A stretch of DNA of 64,000 nucleotides from Candidatus Zhuqueibacterota bacterium. Lineage in GTDB: Bacteria; Zhuqueibacterota; Zhuqueibacteria; Residuimicrobiales; Krinioviventaceae. The notes beneath the pieces were generated by a model. That model had not been told where the DNA came from. It saw nothing but the letters and a program-made list of their open reading frames with translations, and searched no databases. Position 1 is the first letter of the stretch. Every line of letters begins with the position of its first letter. Position numbers and translations under genes: made by a program. Of the stretch, positions 10,515 through 21,866 are shown in pieces. The stretch spans positions 33,108 through 97,107 of the forward strand of contig JAPDQV010000010.1 of NCBI GenBank assembly GCA_034505495.1. Reading direction: 5' to 3'.

Positions 10515-11042
10515 TTACGACCCATCAGTGATTCTTACTCTACCCGCCCCCATATAGCGTCGCCGGTAGTAAGAATCGCTCAGTTTGTTCAATGCGACCC
10601 CTTTTTGCCGACCGGCATCGATGAAATAACCCTTCTGCAGATAAAGCCCGACATGAGTAGGTCTCCCCTTTTCGCCGAAAAAGACAAGATCGCCGAACTG
10701 CAGCGCTCGGCTCGGTATCGGCAGGCAATAGGCGTACAGATCGACCACTGTCCGCGGCAGCGAAACGCCCAAGGCATTCCGATAGAGGGTCGAGACAAAT
10801 CCGGAACAATCCATACCCTCTTCCGTACTGCCGCCCCAACGGTAAGGCACTTGGTAATATCTTCGAATCTCCTGTTTGAGAAGCTCGACCTGCGGAGGTT
10901 GAAGAGGCGGGTATGACTGAATAATGGTTTCCTGTTGAGGAAGCGTGGAAGAGCAGGCACAAATCGCGTAGATCATCACAATTAAAAGGATGATCAGCAC
11001 CAGCTGAAGGTTACGCAATTGTTCCTTTCCCGGATTCTTCAT
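10515..11042 (-). CDS. NlpC/P60 (C40) family cell-wall peptidase, lipoprotein-like signal
   Basis: Catalytic Cys context RWGGSTEEGMDCSGFVSTLY plus downstream His (RPTHVGLYL), typical of NlpC/P60. Start placed at the ATG at 11040-11042 (MKNPGKEQLRNLQLVLIILLIVMIYAICACSS). Confidence 0.75.
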   Translation of the reverse strand: MKNPGKEQLRNLQLVLIILLIVMIYAICACSSTLPQQETIIQSYPPLQPPQVELLKQEIRRYYQVPYRWGGSTEEGMDCSGFVSTLYRNALGVSLPRTVVDLYAYCLPIPSRALQFGDLVFFGEKGRPTHVGLYLQKGYFIDAGRQKGVALNKLSDSYYRRRYMGAGRVRITDGS

Positions 11043-11160
11043 AATGTGGAGGGACGAACAAATCGACGTTTGCAAAGCCAACGGCTGATTTAATAGTGCG
11101 CCTTTCAAAGCCGCGGGAAAAATAAAAAGCCCTTGAACAAATAGGTTCAAGGGCTTGCTG

Positions 11161-11235
<75 letters not shown>

Positions 11236-11323
11236 TGTCATTATAATTTAATAAATATTTTTTTAAAGTCAAGTTTAATTTCCCGACACAAATGTATCTA
11301 AAGCGCTTAAAGCCTGTAGAGAA

Positions 11324-12094
11324 TCATCCGTAGCGTCCTTCGATGTATTCCGCTGTACGCGGGTCCTTGGGCGCAATGAACAGGTCGGTCGTAGCGCTGT
11401 GTTCGATGACCTCGCCCATCAGCATAAAAATACACTCTTCGCTGACGCGGCGCGCCTGCGCCATGTTGTGGGTCACGATAATAATGGTGTATTGACCTGC
11501 CAATTCGCGCATCAACTCTTCGATGTGCAGCGTCGCCTCTACGTCCAACGCCGAACAGGGCTCATCCATCAGAATGATCTGCGGTTTGAGCGGTAAAAGT
11601 CGGGCAATGCACAGCTTTTGTTGCTGCTCCAACAAAAGAGTCGTCGCTTTGACATTCAGCTTGTCCTTGAGATCTTTCCACAGCCCGACTGCCCGAAGGG
11701 ACTGCTCAACCGCTTCGTCCATTTGAGCCCGTGTTAAACTGCCGCGCGGCGTGTGGATGCGCAGCCCGAAAACTACATTCTCATACACGGAAATCGGCAG
11801 CGGGTTCGGCCGCTGAAAGACCATGCCGACCTGCTTGCGCAGCTCTTCCAGCGAAACGTTCGGATCGTAAATGTTGTTTCCCAGTATCTTGATCTCGCCG
11901 GTCGTGGTGACGTTGCCGTAACGTTCGTTGACGCGGTTGAGACAGCGCAAAAAGGTCGTCTTGCCGCAGCCCGACGGGCCGATAAGCGAAGTGATGATTC
12001 CCGCGCGAATGTTCAGGTTGACATTGATCAGCGCCTGGAAATCACCATACCAAAGGTTGAGGTCGCGTGTTGTGACGGCATAGGATTCCATCAA
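11324..12094 (-). CDS. pstB: Phosphate ABC transporter ATP-binding protein PstB (distal copy)
   Basis: Walker A GPSGCGKTT, ABC signature, and the PstB-typical N-terminus (LNLWYGDFQALINVNLNI). Confidence 0.9.
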   Translation of the reverse strand: MMESYAVTTRDLNLWYGDFQALINVNLNIRAGIITSLIGPSGCGKTTFLRCLNRVNERYGNVTTTGEIKILGNNIYDPNVSLEELRKQVGMVFQRPNPLPISVYENVVFGLRIHTPRGSLTRAQMDEAVEQSLRAVGLWKDLKDKLNVKATTLLLEQQQKLCIARLLPLKPQIILMDEPCSALDVEATLHIEELMRELAGQYTIIIVTHNMAQARRVSEECIFMLMGEVIEHSATTDLFIAPKDPRTAEYIEGRYG

Positions 12095-12855
12095 CCGAAT
12101 CTTCCGTTTACATAGTCATAGGTTTTCTGCGAGGCAGGATGATCGGAAAAGATCACGTCCGTAGCGTCGATTTCGACCAATTCGCCGTTAAAGAAAAACG
12201 CCGTGCGGTCTGCCAGGCGCCTCGCCTGCTGCACCAGGTTGGTGACCATGATGATCGTAATTTGTGAGCGCAGCTCTTTCAACGCATCCTCGATGCGCAT
12301 GGTTGTTACCGGGTCGATGGCGATCGAGAATTCATCGAGGCACAAGATTTCCGGATCGTGCGAAAGAGCGCGGGCGATGGTCAGCCTCTGCTGTTGTCCG
12401 CCGGAAAGTTTGGTGCCCAACGTGTGAAGCCGGTCTTTGACTTCATCCCACAAAGCCGCCTGTCTCAGGCAGCGCTCCACCCGTTCATCCAATTCGGCTT
12501 TGTCGGTAATGCCGGCCATGCGCGGCGCAAAGGCCACATTATCGTAAATCGACAGCGGCAGTCCCACCGGCAGCGGGGAAACAATGCCGATCTTGCGGCG
12601 CAGCTCGTAGACGTTTCGGATATCGTAAATATCCTCGCCGTTCATCCAAACGCTTCCCGAGACGCGGGCACTGGGAATGAACTCGATGGTCCGGTTGAGC
12701 ACCTTCAGAAACGTGGATTTACCGGATTGCGCCGGGCCGATGATTCCCAAGATTTCGTTCTCGTAAACATCGAACGAAATGCCCTTGAGGGCCTCGTGTG
12801 CGCCGTAACTGACCCGCAGGTTGCGGATCTGAATTTTTTCTTTTTTGTCTACCAT
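12091..12855 (-). CDS. pstB: Phosphate ABC transporter ATP-binding protein PstB (proximal copy)
   Basis: GPAQSGKST Walker A, LSGGQQQRLTIARAL signature; start at the ATG at 12853-12855 (MVDKKEKIQIRNLRVSYG). Overlaps the distal pstB by 4 nt. Confidence 0.85.
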   Translation of the reverse strand: MVDKKEKIQIRNLRVSYGAHEALKGISFDVYENEILGIIGPAQSGKSTFLKVLNRTIEFIPSARVSGSVWMNGEDIYDIRNVYELRRKIGIVSPLPVGLPLSIYDNVAFAPRMAGITDKAELDERVERCLRQAALWDEVKDRLHTLGTKLSGGQQQRLTIARALSHDPEILCLDEFSIAIDPVTTMRIEDALKELRSQITIIMVTNLVQQARRLADRTAFFFNGELVEIDATDVIFSDHPASQKTYDYVNGRFG

Positions 12856-13733
12856 TTTTTGCGCGACCGTAAGCGGATGCGAATGACAATCGACAGCGCA
12901 TTGACCAACAGCACGGTGCCCAAAAGCACGACAGCCGTGCCGTACGGAAGCGCCTCGGGAACATCGGGAACCTGCGTCGAGATCGTAAACAGATGCATGG
13001 AAAGAGCCATGCACTGATCGAGCAATCCGTAGGCAAAAATGTCGCCTTCACGGATGGCCTTGTAGAACACGGCACCGGTAAACATGATCGGCGCCGTTTC
13101 ACCGGCAGCGCGTGAGACCTGCAGAATAACGCCCGTCAGTATGCCGCTGATCGAATTGGGCAGCACGATGTGGCGAATGGTCTGCCATCGTGTTGCCCCG
13201 ACGTTCCAGCACGCTTCCCGAAAGGCCATGGGAACCGAGGCGAGCGCCTCTTTGGTGCCCGCAATGATCACCGGCAGGGTCATGATGGCGAGCGTCAGAG
13301 AGGCGGCCAAAATGGAACGCCCGATGCCTGCAGCCAGCACAAATGCGCCGAGGCCGAAAAGCGCATGCACAATACTGGGCACGCCGGCCAGATTGACCAC
13401 AGCCAGATTGATGATTCGCGTCAGCAAATTCTCCCGCGCGTATTCATTCAGATAGATGGCGGTCATGACGCCGATAGGAGTGGCGATCAGCAGCGAGATG
13501 ATGACCAAATAAAGCGTTCCCAGAAGCGCGGAAAAAATGCCTCCTTGGCGCATGCCGTGCGTGGGATTTTTGAGAATAAAATCGAGGGAGAGAATCGGCC
13601 ACGCTTTGACAAAGAGATAAACGATGATCAGGATCAACGGAATGATCATCAGCAGGCTCATTGCCAAAAAGATGCTCTTGGCAATTTTCTCACTCCGCGC
13701 GTTTTTCAGCGTCAGTTCGGTAGCGGTGAACAT
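12849..13733 (-). CDS. pstA: Phosphate ABC transporter permease PstA
   Basis: Six-TM permease with an EAA-like loop (AAGETAPIMFTG), immediately downstream of pstC. Confidence 0.9.
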   Translation of the reverse strand: MFTATELTLKNARSEKIAKSIFLAMSLLMIIPLILIIVYLFVKAWPILSLDFILKNPTHGMRQGGIFSALLGTLYLVIISLLIATPIGVMTAIYLNEYARENLLTRIINLAVVNLAGVPSIVHALFGLGAFVLAAGIGRSILAASLTLAIMTLPVIIAGTKEALASVPMAFREACWNVGATRWQTIRHIVLPNSISGILTGVILQVSRAAGETAPIMFTGAVFYKAIREGDIFAYGLLDQCMALSMHLFTISTQVPDVPEALPYGTAVVLLGTVLLVNALSIVIRIRLRSRKKW

Positions 13734-13741
13734 TCGTCATC

Positions 13742-14634
<893 letters not shown>

Positions 14635-14638
<4 letters not shown>

Positions 14639-15564
14639 TGTTGCTTCCCTCCCGCAACTTGAAGCTCCTCCTCAGGATGCACCGGTACATAGCCGGACAA
14701 CTTGACGATATGCTGTCCTTCCGGTGAAAGAATCCAATCGAGATATTTCCGGATGGTTTCATTGGGTTCGCCCAAGGTGTACATCAACAGCGGTCGAGCG
14801 ATCGGATATTTGCCGTTTTGCGTGTTTTCGATCGTCGGGGCATAAGCGGGTTCGCCCTTCTTTCTGCAAATGCGCAGCATCTTGACTCGATCGTTGGCGT
14901 ATCCCATGCCGCTGTAGCCGATCGCACTGGGCGTCCGGCTGACCAGTTCGACGACGTCCTTCGAACCGTGCATGTCGATCGTACCCAGACGCATGTCGCG
15001 CTTTTTGCCGATTACCGCCTCGCGAAAATAGTGATAGGTCCCCGAATTCGACTGCCGGCTGACGACCATTATCTCGTCGCGCGCACCCTTCGGCAAAGTC
15101 ACGCCCAACTGCGACCAACGGGTAATCTTGCCGTGCTCGCCATAGATCTCCGCCAGCTCTTCGATGCTCAGGCTGTCGATCGGATTGTCCCTGTGAACAT
15201 AGATCGCCAACGCGTCGTAACCGACAAGAAACTCGACCGGATCTTTGCCGGTGTGCTCCTTTGCCTTTTTGATCTCCATCGGTTCCATACGCCGGCTGCA
15301 GTTGGCAATATCGACGGTGTTTTCGATCAGCGCGGCAATACCGGTACCGGAGCCGCCGCCCGAGACTTCAATGGACACCTCATCGTTGACATGCGCATAG
15401 GCCTCGGCCCAAGCCTGAGCTAAATTGACCATCGTGTCGGAGCCTGTGTTTTGGATCGTCCGTTTGGCAACTCCGGCGGCCGATTGACTCGACCTTCCAT
15501 ACAGGCAGGAAACGAACAGGCTGCTGCTTACGGCAAGCAGAACTAGGCCGGCCGCCTTTAGCAT
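14635..15564 (-). CDS. pstS: Phosphate-binding periplasmic protein PstS
   Basis: SGSDTM...GGGSGTG phosphate-binding motifs; start at the ATG at 15562-15564 (MLKAAGLVLLAVSSSLFVSC, signal peptide). Confidence 0.9.
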
Positions 15565-15625
15565 CCTCCTGCACGGTTGCGCAGCCGCCGAACGACGTAA
15601 CAACGACGTAGTCAAAGAGTCGCGT

Positions 15626-16729
15626 TTACAGGTTTTCACCGGAAATTGCCTCGATTAGATCGCAAATGTTTGCCCGTAAACTGTCAAAAGCCTTCTCAAG
15701 GTGCGGGAAAAGCGCACCGGGATCATTCGGCTTCATTTTCGGCATTTTCATCGGCCATTCGATCACGATGGTGGTGAGCGGCAGACTGAGCTGTGAAGGC
15801 TTGATATGCGGTGAAAGCAGAATGACGCCGTGTATGGTTTCTTTGCCGGTGACTTCGGCGACGGATTTCGGTTTTTGTTCCGAAATGTTAATGCCCTTTT
15901 CGGCCATAAAGCCGACGATCATCGGATGTATCGGCTGGGGATTAATACCGGCGCTGAAAAAGCGGAACTTTGGTTTCTGCAGCGAGTTGGCAATGCCCTC
16001 GGCCATTTGGCTGATGATTGCGTTGTCATCATCGACAAAAAGAATGTTGTAGCCGCTCGCAGCCGAGTGTCGGACGTTCTCGCCGGTAACCACATAGTAG
16101 GTTTCCTGGCAAATGCTCTTGGCCTGATCGGCAACCCGCTCCAGTCGTCGGGCAATCGTCAGCAGGGGATTAATGGCTTCGTCGCCGAGCACGCCTTTGG
16201 CGCGCAGCTCAAAAATCTGCTGGTTGATCTTGAAACGAAGGTTATCGGCGACGTCCTCAATATCCATCAATTGGCGTGCTTTTTCGAGGTCGCGGTCTGC
16301 AAACGCCTGCACCGCATCGCGGAACATCTTGATCGAGGCATCGGCCAGCTCTTCGAACGGCAAACTTTCATAATCGGCGCCCAGATTCTGCAGCAATACG
16401 ATCTGGCGACACATGCTTTCGGCATAATCGCCGATGCGTTCCAGCCCGCTGACCATCTTGAGCACCGCATAGATGAAGCGCAAATGAATCCCGACCGGCT
16501 GCTGCCGCACGATGAATTGCAGACACAAGCGATCGATTTCATCCTCGAGGTCATCGATCAAATAGTCGCGCAGGATGACGACATAGGCTTTCTGTCGATT
16601 TTTTTCCAACAGAGCGGCCACGGCGCCGCGCAGGGCCGCTTCGTCCAATGCCGCCATGCGCATGAGCGTCTGGCGAATGGTCTGCAGATCGCGCTGCAGA
16701 GTGGCTTCATATCGAGGTTCACTTTGCAT
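15626..16729 (-). CDS. phoU: PhoU phosphate-signalling protein fused to a C-terminal catalytically inactive LMW-PTP/ArsC-like domain
   Basis: The N-terminal ~220 aa are two PhoU repeats (ExxxD patterns, LERIGDYAESM, LERVADQAKSI). The C-terminal ~140 aa align to low-molecular-weight phosphatase/ArsC (ILFVDDDNAIISQMAEG versus the canonical ILFVCTGNSCRSQMAEG; FFSAGINPQPIHPMIVGFMAEKGINISEQKPK), but the CX5R P-loop Cys and Arg are replaced by Asp and Ile. Confidence 0.8.
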   Translation of the reverse strand: MQSEPRYEATLQRDLQTIRQTLMRMAALDEAALRGAVAALLEKNRQKAYVVILRDYLIDDLEDEIDRLCLQFIVRQQPVGIHLRFIYAVLKMVSGLERIGDYAESMCRQIVLLQNLGADYESLPFEELADASIKMFRDAVQAFADRDLEKARQLMDIEDVADNLRFKINQQIFELRAKGVLGDEAINPLLTIARRLERVADQAKSICQETYYVVTGENVRHSAASGYNILFVDDDNAIISQMAEGIANSLQKPKFRFFSAGINPQPIHPMIVGFMAEKGINISEQKPKSVAEVTGKETIHGVILLSPHIKPSQLSLPLTTIVIEWPMKMPKMKPNDPGALFPHLEKAFDSLRANICDLIEAISGENL

Positions 16730-16812
16730 CTTTTGCCGCCTTTTTGAAGAATCGATTCATTTGTTTGATAAAATATGAAAGCTAAACTCAATTTGCAAGA
16801 TTAAGCCGCTTA

Positions 16813-16829
16813 TTAATAAACTCTTAATA
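16813..16829. promoter_or_regulatory. Candidate Pho box (direct repeats for an OmpR/PhoB-family regulator) upstream of phoU-pstSCAB
   Basis: TTAATA hexamers at 16813-16818 and 16824-16829, an 11-bp (one helical turn) spacing, ~85-100 bp upstream of the phoU start in an AT-rich intergenic region. Confidence 0.3.
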
Positions 16830-16855
16830 TTGCAATGACGATTATCCACACTATT

Positions 16856-18982
16856 TCAATGAAGCAAAAGCACACGGCGGACAAAGCGGCTATCGCCGCA
16901 CCGAATGCTGATGAGATACACGCCGCCTGCGTACACACTGCCGTCGAGAGCGAAGCGATGCTCCCCTTTTGCCAACCGGCCTTCAGCAACTAGAGCAATT
17001 CTTCTGCCGGTCAAATCAAAAAGCTCGATTCGGGTCGGCGCCGATTCCGGCAGATAAAGCTCCATGATAAAAGCGGAATTCGTCGGATTGGGATACAAGC
17101 GGCAGTCGAATTGGGCCTCGTCACGGGAGCGGATGCCGGTTGCGTCGGTCGGCAACTCGACGGCGACGTCGCTTTGCGGCTTTTCGAGTTCCGCAACAAC
17201 CTCCTTCACAACGCCCTCATATTCCGCCGCGATGCGGTAGCTGCCGAGAAAACCGCGAATTTCATAGACGCCTTCGGCATCCGTTGTGCCTTCGGTTCGT
17301 GTCCACCATCGATTCAACACCAAATCGACATAGGCGTGGTAGTTGGGCTTGTAACTCCAGTCTTTGCGGATCATGGCGCCCCGAGGCCGCCAGTGAATCG
17401 GCTCCCAAAATCCCCACATGACGAACTTGTTGACGCCGGGGTGACTGAAGATGAGCGTCAAAAAGTCGCGCGTATAATCCGCTTGAGCCTCTTCGTCGTC
17501 GATGTCGATGTCGAATTCGGTGATCTGAATCGGCAGGCCGTAAGCGGCAAACCGGTCGAGAATCTCCTTCAACCGGCGAGGCGTAGTCAGAACGGCGCCG
17601 AAATGCCCTTGAAATCCCAGGCCGTGCAGCGGCGCACCGCGAGAGAGAAGCAGCTCGACGATACGCGCCAGGTTGTCCTGTACCTTGATGTCGCCGCCCG
17701 AGATCAGCACTCCGGTTTCATTGAGGATCAGCCGCGTCTCGGGGTGCAGCTCATGAACTTTTTGGTACCATTCGACCAAAACCTCATCGCCGAGAAGGTC
17801 CATGACGTCGTGATTGGTATAAGGTTCGTTGACGACGTCCCATTCCTCGACGCCCGCTTCCCGTCCCACAGGCACCACGGTTTCCAAATGCTCCAGCAGG
17901 GCTTGGCGCAGGCCGGCCGGATTGTTCGCCAGGGAGCGAAAATAGGGCGTCATCCACGTCCAGCCCGGCCAAATCAGCACATGCCCTTTGGTGCGAAAAC
18001 CGTTATCAACCAGCCATTCCGCTCGGTGACGATAATCCTCCCGCACCTGCGCCGAAGAATACCATCCCCAACTGCCGTCTCCCATGTAAAAGGGCGTTGT
18101 AGCGGCGTTAAAGAGCTTAAAGATTTCTTCCCGATACCTTCGACCGTTCCGGCTGTCTTCGAACAGCGGACCATCCATAAAAGAACCGAACCGAAAAGCG
18201 TGACGCTGCATCTCGACCTTTACGCGCGCATTCTTGATCGGCAGATTGGCCTGGTTTTTGACTACGATCCGCAGATTACCCTTGCGCAGCTGCTCGATTC
18301 TTGCCTCCGCCTCAGCGCGCCAGGGAGCATTCGCCTCGCGACCGGCATAGGTGATTCGATTCTTCGGCAATTTTGCGGGATCGACATTGCGGCCCAAGTT
18401 AAGGGCAATGATGCCGCCGATTTCCAGCACCTGAGGGTAAAAGCCGAGATGAATGGTGAACTCCATCTTGCCGACTGGAAAATCCTGCGGCGCCTGGCCG
18501 TAAATGTAGATTTTATCCCATTCGCCGATCGGAGCCAGGTCGTGCGATGCAATTCCCGTCCAGGGTGATTCGGCAAGCTGAGCATAGAAAAATGCTTTTC
18601 CGGTCTCGTACTCGGGCGGCACCGATAGGCTGCGCACCCACAAAACCCAAAAGAGCATGTCGCCTTGATGCACGGCAATTGCATTTTTGGGTGAGACAAA
18701 CTGCGGCTCCCAGGAATTAGCGCCGACGCGTTTGACGTCGATTTGATACGCCTGGGTAAAAGGAAGATCTGCGGCGGCGGTAACACGCCTCAAAGCGGCC
18801 GTACCTCCGCCAAGCGAATAACCGGTCAACCTGCTGCAGTCATAGAGCAGTTCCCCGGCAACCGGCAGCTTGTCTCGTTCCGCCGCCAAATAGTCGGCAA
18901 ATTTCGGATCCGCTGACTGAGCAAACGTCAATCCGGTGAGACCCAGCAACAGGCAAAAGTATTTTGGTTTGAAGATTTTCAT
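16856..18982 (-). CDS. GH10 endo-1,4-beta-xylanase with N-terminal CBM-like region and T9SS C-terminal domain
   Basis: GH10 motifs WDVVNEP and ITEFDIDI. Signal peptide MKIFKPKYFCLLLGLTGLTFAQS (ATG at 18980-18982). Tail LYPNPTNSAFIMELYLPES...VYLISIRCGDSRFVRRVLLLH is Por_Secre_tail-like. Confidence 0.85.
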   Translation of the reverse strand: MKIFKPKYFCLLLGLTGLTFAQSADPKFADYLAAERDKLPVAGELLYDCSRLTGYSLGGGTAALRRVTAAADLPFTQAYQIDVKRVGANSWEPQFVSPKNAIAVHQGDMLFWVLWVRSLSVPPEYETGKAFFYAQLAESPWTGIASHDLAPIGEWDKIYIYGQAPQDFPVGKMEFTIHLGFYPQVLEIGGIIALNLGRNVDPAKLPKNRITYAGREANAPWRAEAEARIEQLRKGNLRIVVKNQANLPIKNARVKVEMQRHAFRFGSFMDGPLFEDSRNGRRYREEIFKLFNAATTPFYMGDGSWGWYSSAQVREDYRHRAEWLVDNGFRTKGHVLIWPGWTWMTPYFRSLANNPAGLRQALLEHLETVVPVGREAGVEEWDVVNEPYTNHDVMDLLGDEVLVEWYQKVHELHPETRLILNETGVLISGGDIKVQDNLARIVELLLSRGAPLHGLGFQGHFGAVLTTPRRLKEILDRFAAYGLPIQITEFDIDIDDEEAQADYTRDFLTLIFSHPGVNKFVMWGFWEPIHWRPRGAMIRKDWSYKPNYHAYVDLVLNRWWTRTEGTTDAEGVYEIRGFLGSYRIAAEYEGVVKEVVAELEKPQSDVAVELPTDATGIRSRDEAQFDCRLYPNPTNSAFIMELYLPESAPTRIELFDLTGRRIALVAEGRLAKGEHRFALDGSVYAGGVYLISIRCGDSRFVRRVLLLH

Positions 18983-19041
18983 TTGCTTTTTCCGCAATTG
19001 CTGATATTGTTCAAAATGTTGCCGACGACCGAAAGAAGTCT

Positions 19042-21111
19042 CTATCGTGCCGCAAGCAGCACAACCGAGCGCGGTGCGGCATCGTAATAGCTGTCGGCAA
19101 TGGCTTCCGCGAGATGCGGCGGTGAAAAATCCTTTGGATAAGCAAGCGAGGTGTCGATGACCCGCACCCACTCGCGGCCGCCCGGCAGCGCCGGAAGCTC
19201 GAAAACCAAGGGCTGCCAATACATGTTAAGAAGAACATGGAGGCGTTCATCGACTTTGGGATCATGCAGCGTAAAAGCCAGAGTATGCGAAGTCGGACTC
19301 CAATCGGGAGCCCCCAAATGCACACCATGCCAAATGATATGCAGGGCATCCTTTTGCTCTCCGACGGAGACCGGTTCTTCAGAGGTAAAACACCGGCTTT
19401 GCTGAACGAACTCGATCACGCCGCGGACGAACGCAAATAGGTCTTTGCGCCGCTTCAGATCGTCCCAATTGAACCAACTCTGTTCGTTGTCCTGGCAATA
19501 AGCGTTATTGTTGCCCAGTTGGGTGCGTCTGATTTCATCTCCCATCAAGAGCATCGGCGTGCCTTGCGAAATCAGCAAGATGGTGATGAAATTTTTGATC
19601 TGCCGCAGGCGCAGGGATTCGATATCCGGGTCGTCGGTCGGACCTTCAACGCCGCAGTTCCAGCTGAAATTTTCATCCAGCCCGTCGCGATTGTTCTCGA
19701 GGTTTGCCTCGTTGTGCTTTTGGTTATAAGAGACCAAATCGTTGACTGTAAAGCCGTCGTGGCAGGTGACAAAGTTGATGCTGCGGCGCGGTCCGCCTTC
19801 GCGGCCGTAGATGTCCGGACTGCCCAGGAGGCGGTCGGCGATCGACCGCGTCATGCCTTCATCACCGCGCACGAACCGCCGCACATCGTCGCGAAAGCGG
19901 CTGTTCCACTCGGCCCACCGTTCACCGACAAACGAACCGACTTGAAACAGGCCCGCGGCATCCCAAGCTTCGGCAATGATCTTGGCGTGCGCCGTCTCCG
20001 GCATGGTCTCGATCGACAACAGCGTCGGCGGATTGGATAACGCCCGACCTTGCTCGTCGCGACTAAGGACCGAAGCCAGATCAAAGCGAAAACCGTCTAC
20101 ATGCATTTCCATCGCCCAATATCGCAGGCAGTCCAGAATCATCCGCCTGACAACCGGATGGTTGGCATTGAGCGAGTTGCCGGTGCCGCTGTAATTGGCA
20201 TAGCGGGATTTATCTTCTTCGAGGATATAATAAATTTCATTGCCGAGCCCGCGGAACGAATAAGTCGGACCATCGGCGCCGCCTTCGGCTGTGTGATTGA
20301 ACACAACATCCAAAATGACCTCGATGCCTGCCAAATGCAGCGCTTTGACCATGTCGCGAAATTCGTCGAGAACGCCGATCGGGTCGCTCGTCGAGGCGTA
20401 CCAGGGATGCAGGGCAAAGAAAACGATGGGGTTGTAACCCCAATAATTGTGCAGCGGCGGCGGCGCATCGCCGTCGTCGAACAACTGCACCGGCATCAGC
20501 TCCACGGCCGTAATGCCGAGGCTTTTGAGATAGGGGATCTTTTCGATAACGCCCCGAAACGTGCCGCGCACCTTCGGGTCGAGCCCGGAACTGGGATGCC
20601 GCGTAAATCCCTTGACGTGCATCTCATAAATGACGCTTTCGGCATAGGGACGGCGCAAAGGATAGTCGTCTTCCCAATCATAGCGGGAGGGATCAACCAC
20701 CACGGACTTGATGGCCTGGGCGCAGTTGTCGCCGCCGATCCGCGCCGCCTCCCGATCGAATTTTTTGCCGATGGCGACGGCTTTGGCATAGGGGTCAACC
20801 AATACCTTGTGCCCGTTGAAACGCAGTCCCTTGGCGGGTTCAAACGGGCCGTAAGCGCGCCAGCCGTAAAGCTGCCCCTGGCCGATTCCCGGCACAAAAC
20901 AATGCCAATAGTAAGAGGTGCGGTTCATTTTCGGATCGAGCGTAATGACCCGTTCTGGCCGCGGCGCATCGACGTCGTCGAACAGCAGCAGTTCTACGGC
21001 ATAGGCATTTTTGGAATAAATACTAAAATTTACACCGTCGGCATAGACCGTCGCTCCCAAGGGAAAACTGCGGCCGTAAAGGCGGTGAGGATGAAGGTCG
21101 TGCAGGTCCAT
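19042..21111 (-). CDS. glgX: Glycogen debranching enzyme GlgX / isoamylase (GH13)
   Basis: N-terminal CBM48 region (PLGATVYADGVNFSIYSKNAYAVELLLFDD), GH13 catalytic blocks (DVVFNHTAEG, GFRFDLASVL, EAWD) and the usual ~690 aa length. Confidence 0.85.
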   Translation of the reverse strand: MDLHDLHPHRLYGRSFPLGATVYADGVNFSIYSKNAYAVELLLFDDVDAPRPERVITLDPKMNRTSYYWHCFVPGIGQGQLYGWRAYGPFEPAKGLRFNGHKVLVDPYAKAVAIGKKFDREAARIGGDNCAQAIKSVVVDPSRYDWEDDYPLRRPYAESVIYEMHVKGFTRHPSSGLDPKVRGTFRGVIEKIPYLKSLGITAVELMPVQLFDDGDAPPPLHNYWGYNPIVFFALHPWYASTSDPIGVLDEFRDMVKALHLAGIEVILDVVFNHTAEGGADGPTYSFRGLGNEIYYILEEDKSRYANYSGTGNSLNANHPVVRRMILDCLRYWAMEMHVDGFRFDLASVLSRDEQGRALSNPPTLLSIETMPETAHAKIIAEAWDAAGLFQVGSFVGERWAEWNSRFRDDVRRFVRGDEGMTRSIADRLLGSPDIYGREGGPRRSINFVTCHDGFTVNDLVSYNQKHNEANLENNRDGLDENFSWNCGVEGPTDDPDIESLRLRQIKNFITILLISQGTPMLLMGDEIRRTQLGNNNAYCQDNEQSWFNWDDLKRRKDLFAFVRGVIEFVQQSRCFTSEEPVSVGEQKDALHIIWHGVHLGAPDWSPTSHTLAFTLHDPKVDERLHVLLNMYWQPLVFELPALPGGREWVRVIDTSLAYPKDFSPPHLAEAIADSYYDAAPRSVVLLAAR

Positions 21112-21124
21112 CACTTACAAAGCG

Positions 21125-21670
21125 TTACATGCCTAAAACAATGCTGAGCGTCAGCATGGACAGCCGATCGAACGATTTGGTCTCAAATCGTTCCCACTCG
21201 GCGCGGACTCCCAAGCCGCCTAGCTTGGCCACAGCGCCGATTCCCCAGGAAAAGTTCGAGCCGCCCTTGTTCGATTCTCTTGCAGTAATATTGTTCTGCT
21301 GATCCCAGAACGAATAACCGGCTTTGGCAAAAAGCTCGACCAGCGCCAAATCGACGCGGCCGAGTGCGTGCAGATCGTAGGCGGTGATGTTGGATTCGTA
21401 TTTGATGTCGCCGGCTTTACTCTTGACGGTGCCGAAAGAGCGATACCCGCCTTCGAGTGCCAACGACTTGCCGGCCAGCACGCCTGCGTAAATTTTATAG
21501 GCAAAGCCGCTCTCATCGAGTTTCAGATCCGTGTTTTCCAGTTCACCGAGATCAGTCTTGACGTAGCTCTGGCCGACGCCGCCGCCGAAATAGGCGCCGC
21601 TGCTTTTTGCTTCCGTTAATCCCAACCCCGTCAGGATGATACTGCAGACGATCAAAGCACTCCGTTTCAT
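21125..21670 (-). CDS. Outer-membrane beta-barrel protein (OmpW/OMP_b-brl-like)
   Basis: Signal peptide MKRSALIVCSIILTGLGLTEA, alternating hydrophobic beta-strand pattern, aromatic-rich C-terminal strand. Confidence 0.55.
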   Translation of the reverse strand: MKRSALIVCSIILTGLGLTEAKSSGAYFGGGVGQSYVKTDLGELENTDLKLDESGFAYKIYAGVLAGKSLALEGGYRSFGTVKSKAGDIKYESNITAYDLHALGRVDLALVELFAKAGYSFWDQQNNITARESNKGGSNFSWGIGAVAKLGGLGVRAEWERFETKSFDRLSMLTLSIVLGM

Positions 21671-21866
21671 AAGGCCTCCTTATTGCCCGCTTTTTATTCA
21701 CCTGCACCGATTCGCGCTTCTGACGACTCATTCCCAGGCAAATCGGCTCATTTTATGAAATATAGCACAACTATTTCGCAAACGCCAACGAGAAATATCA
21801 TAGGAATAACCGCTGCATCGGACGTGGCCGCGCAGTTGAATTCATACCGTCCTCAGCCTCATTCCG

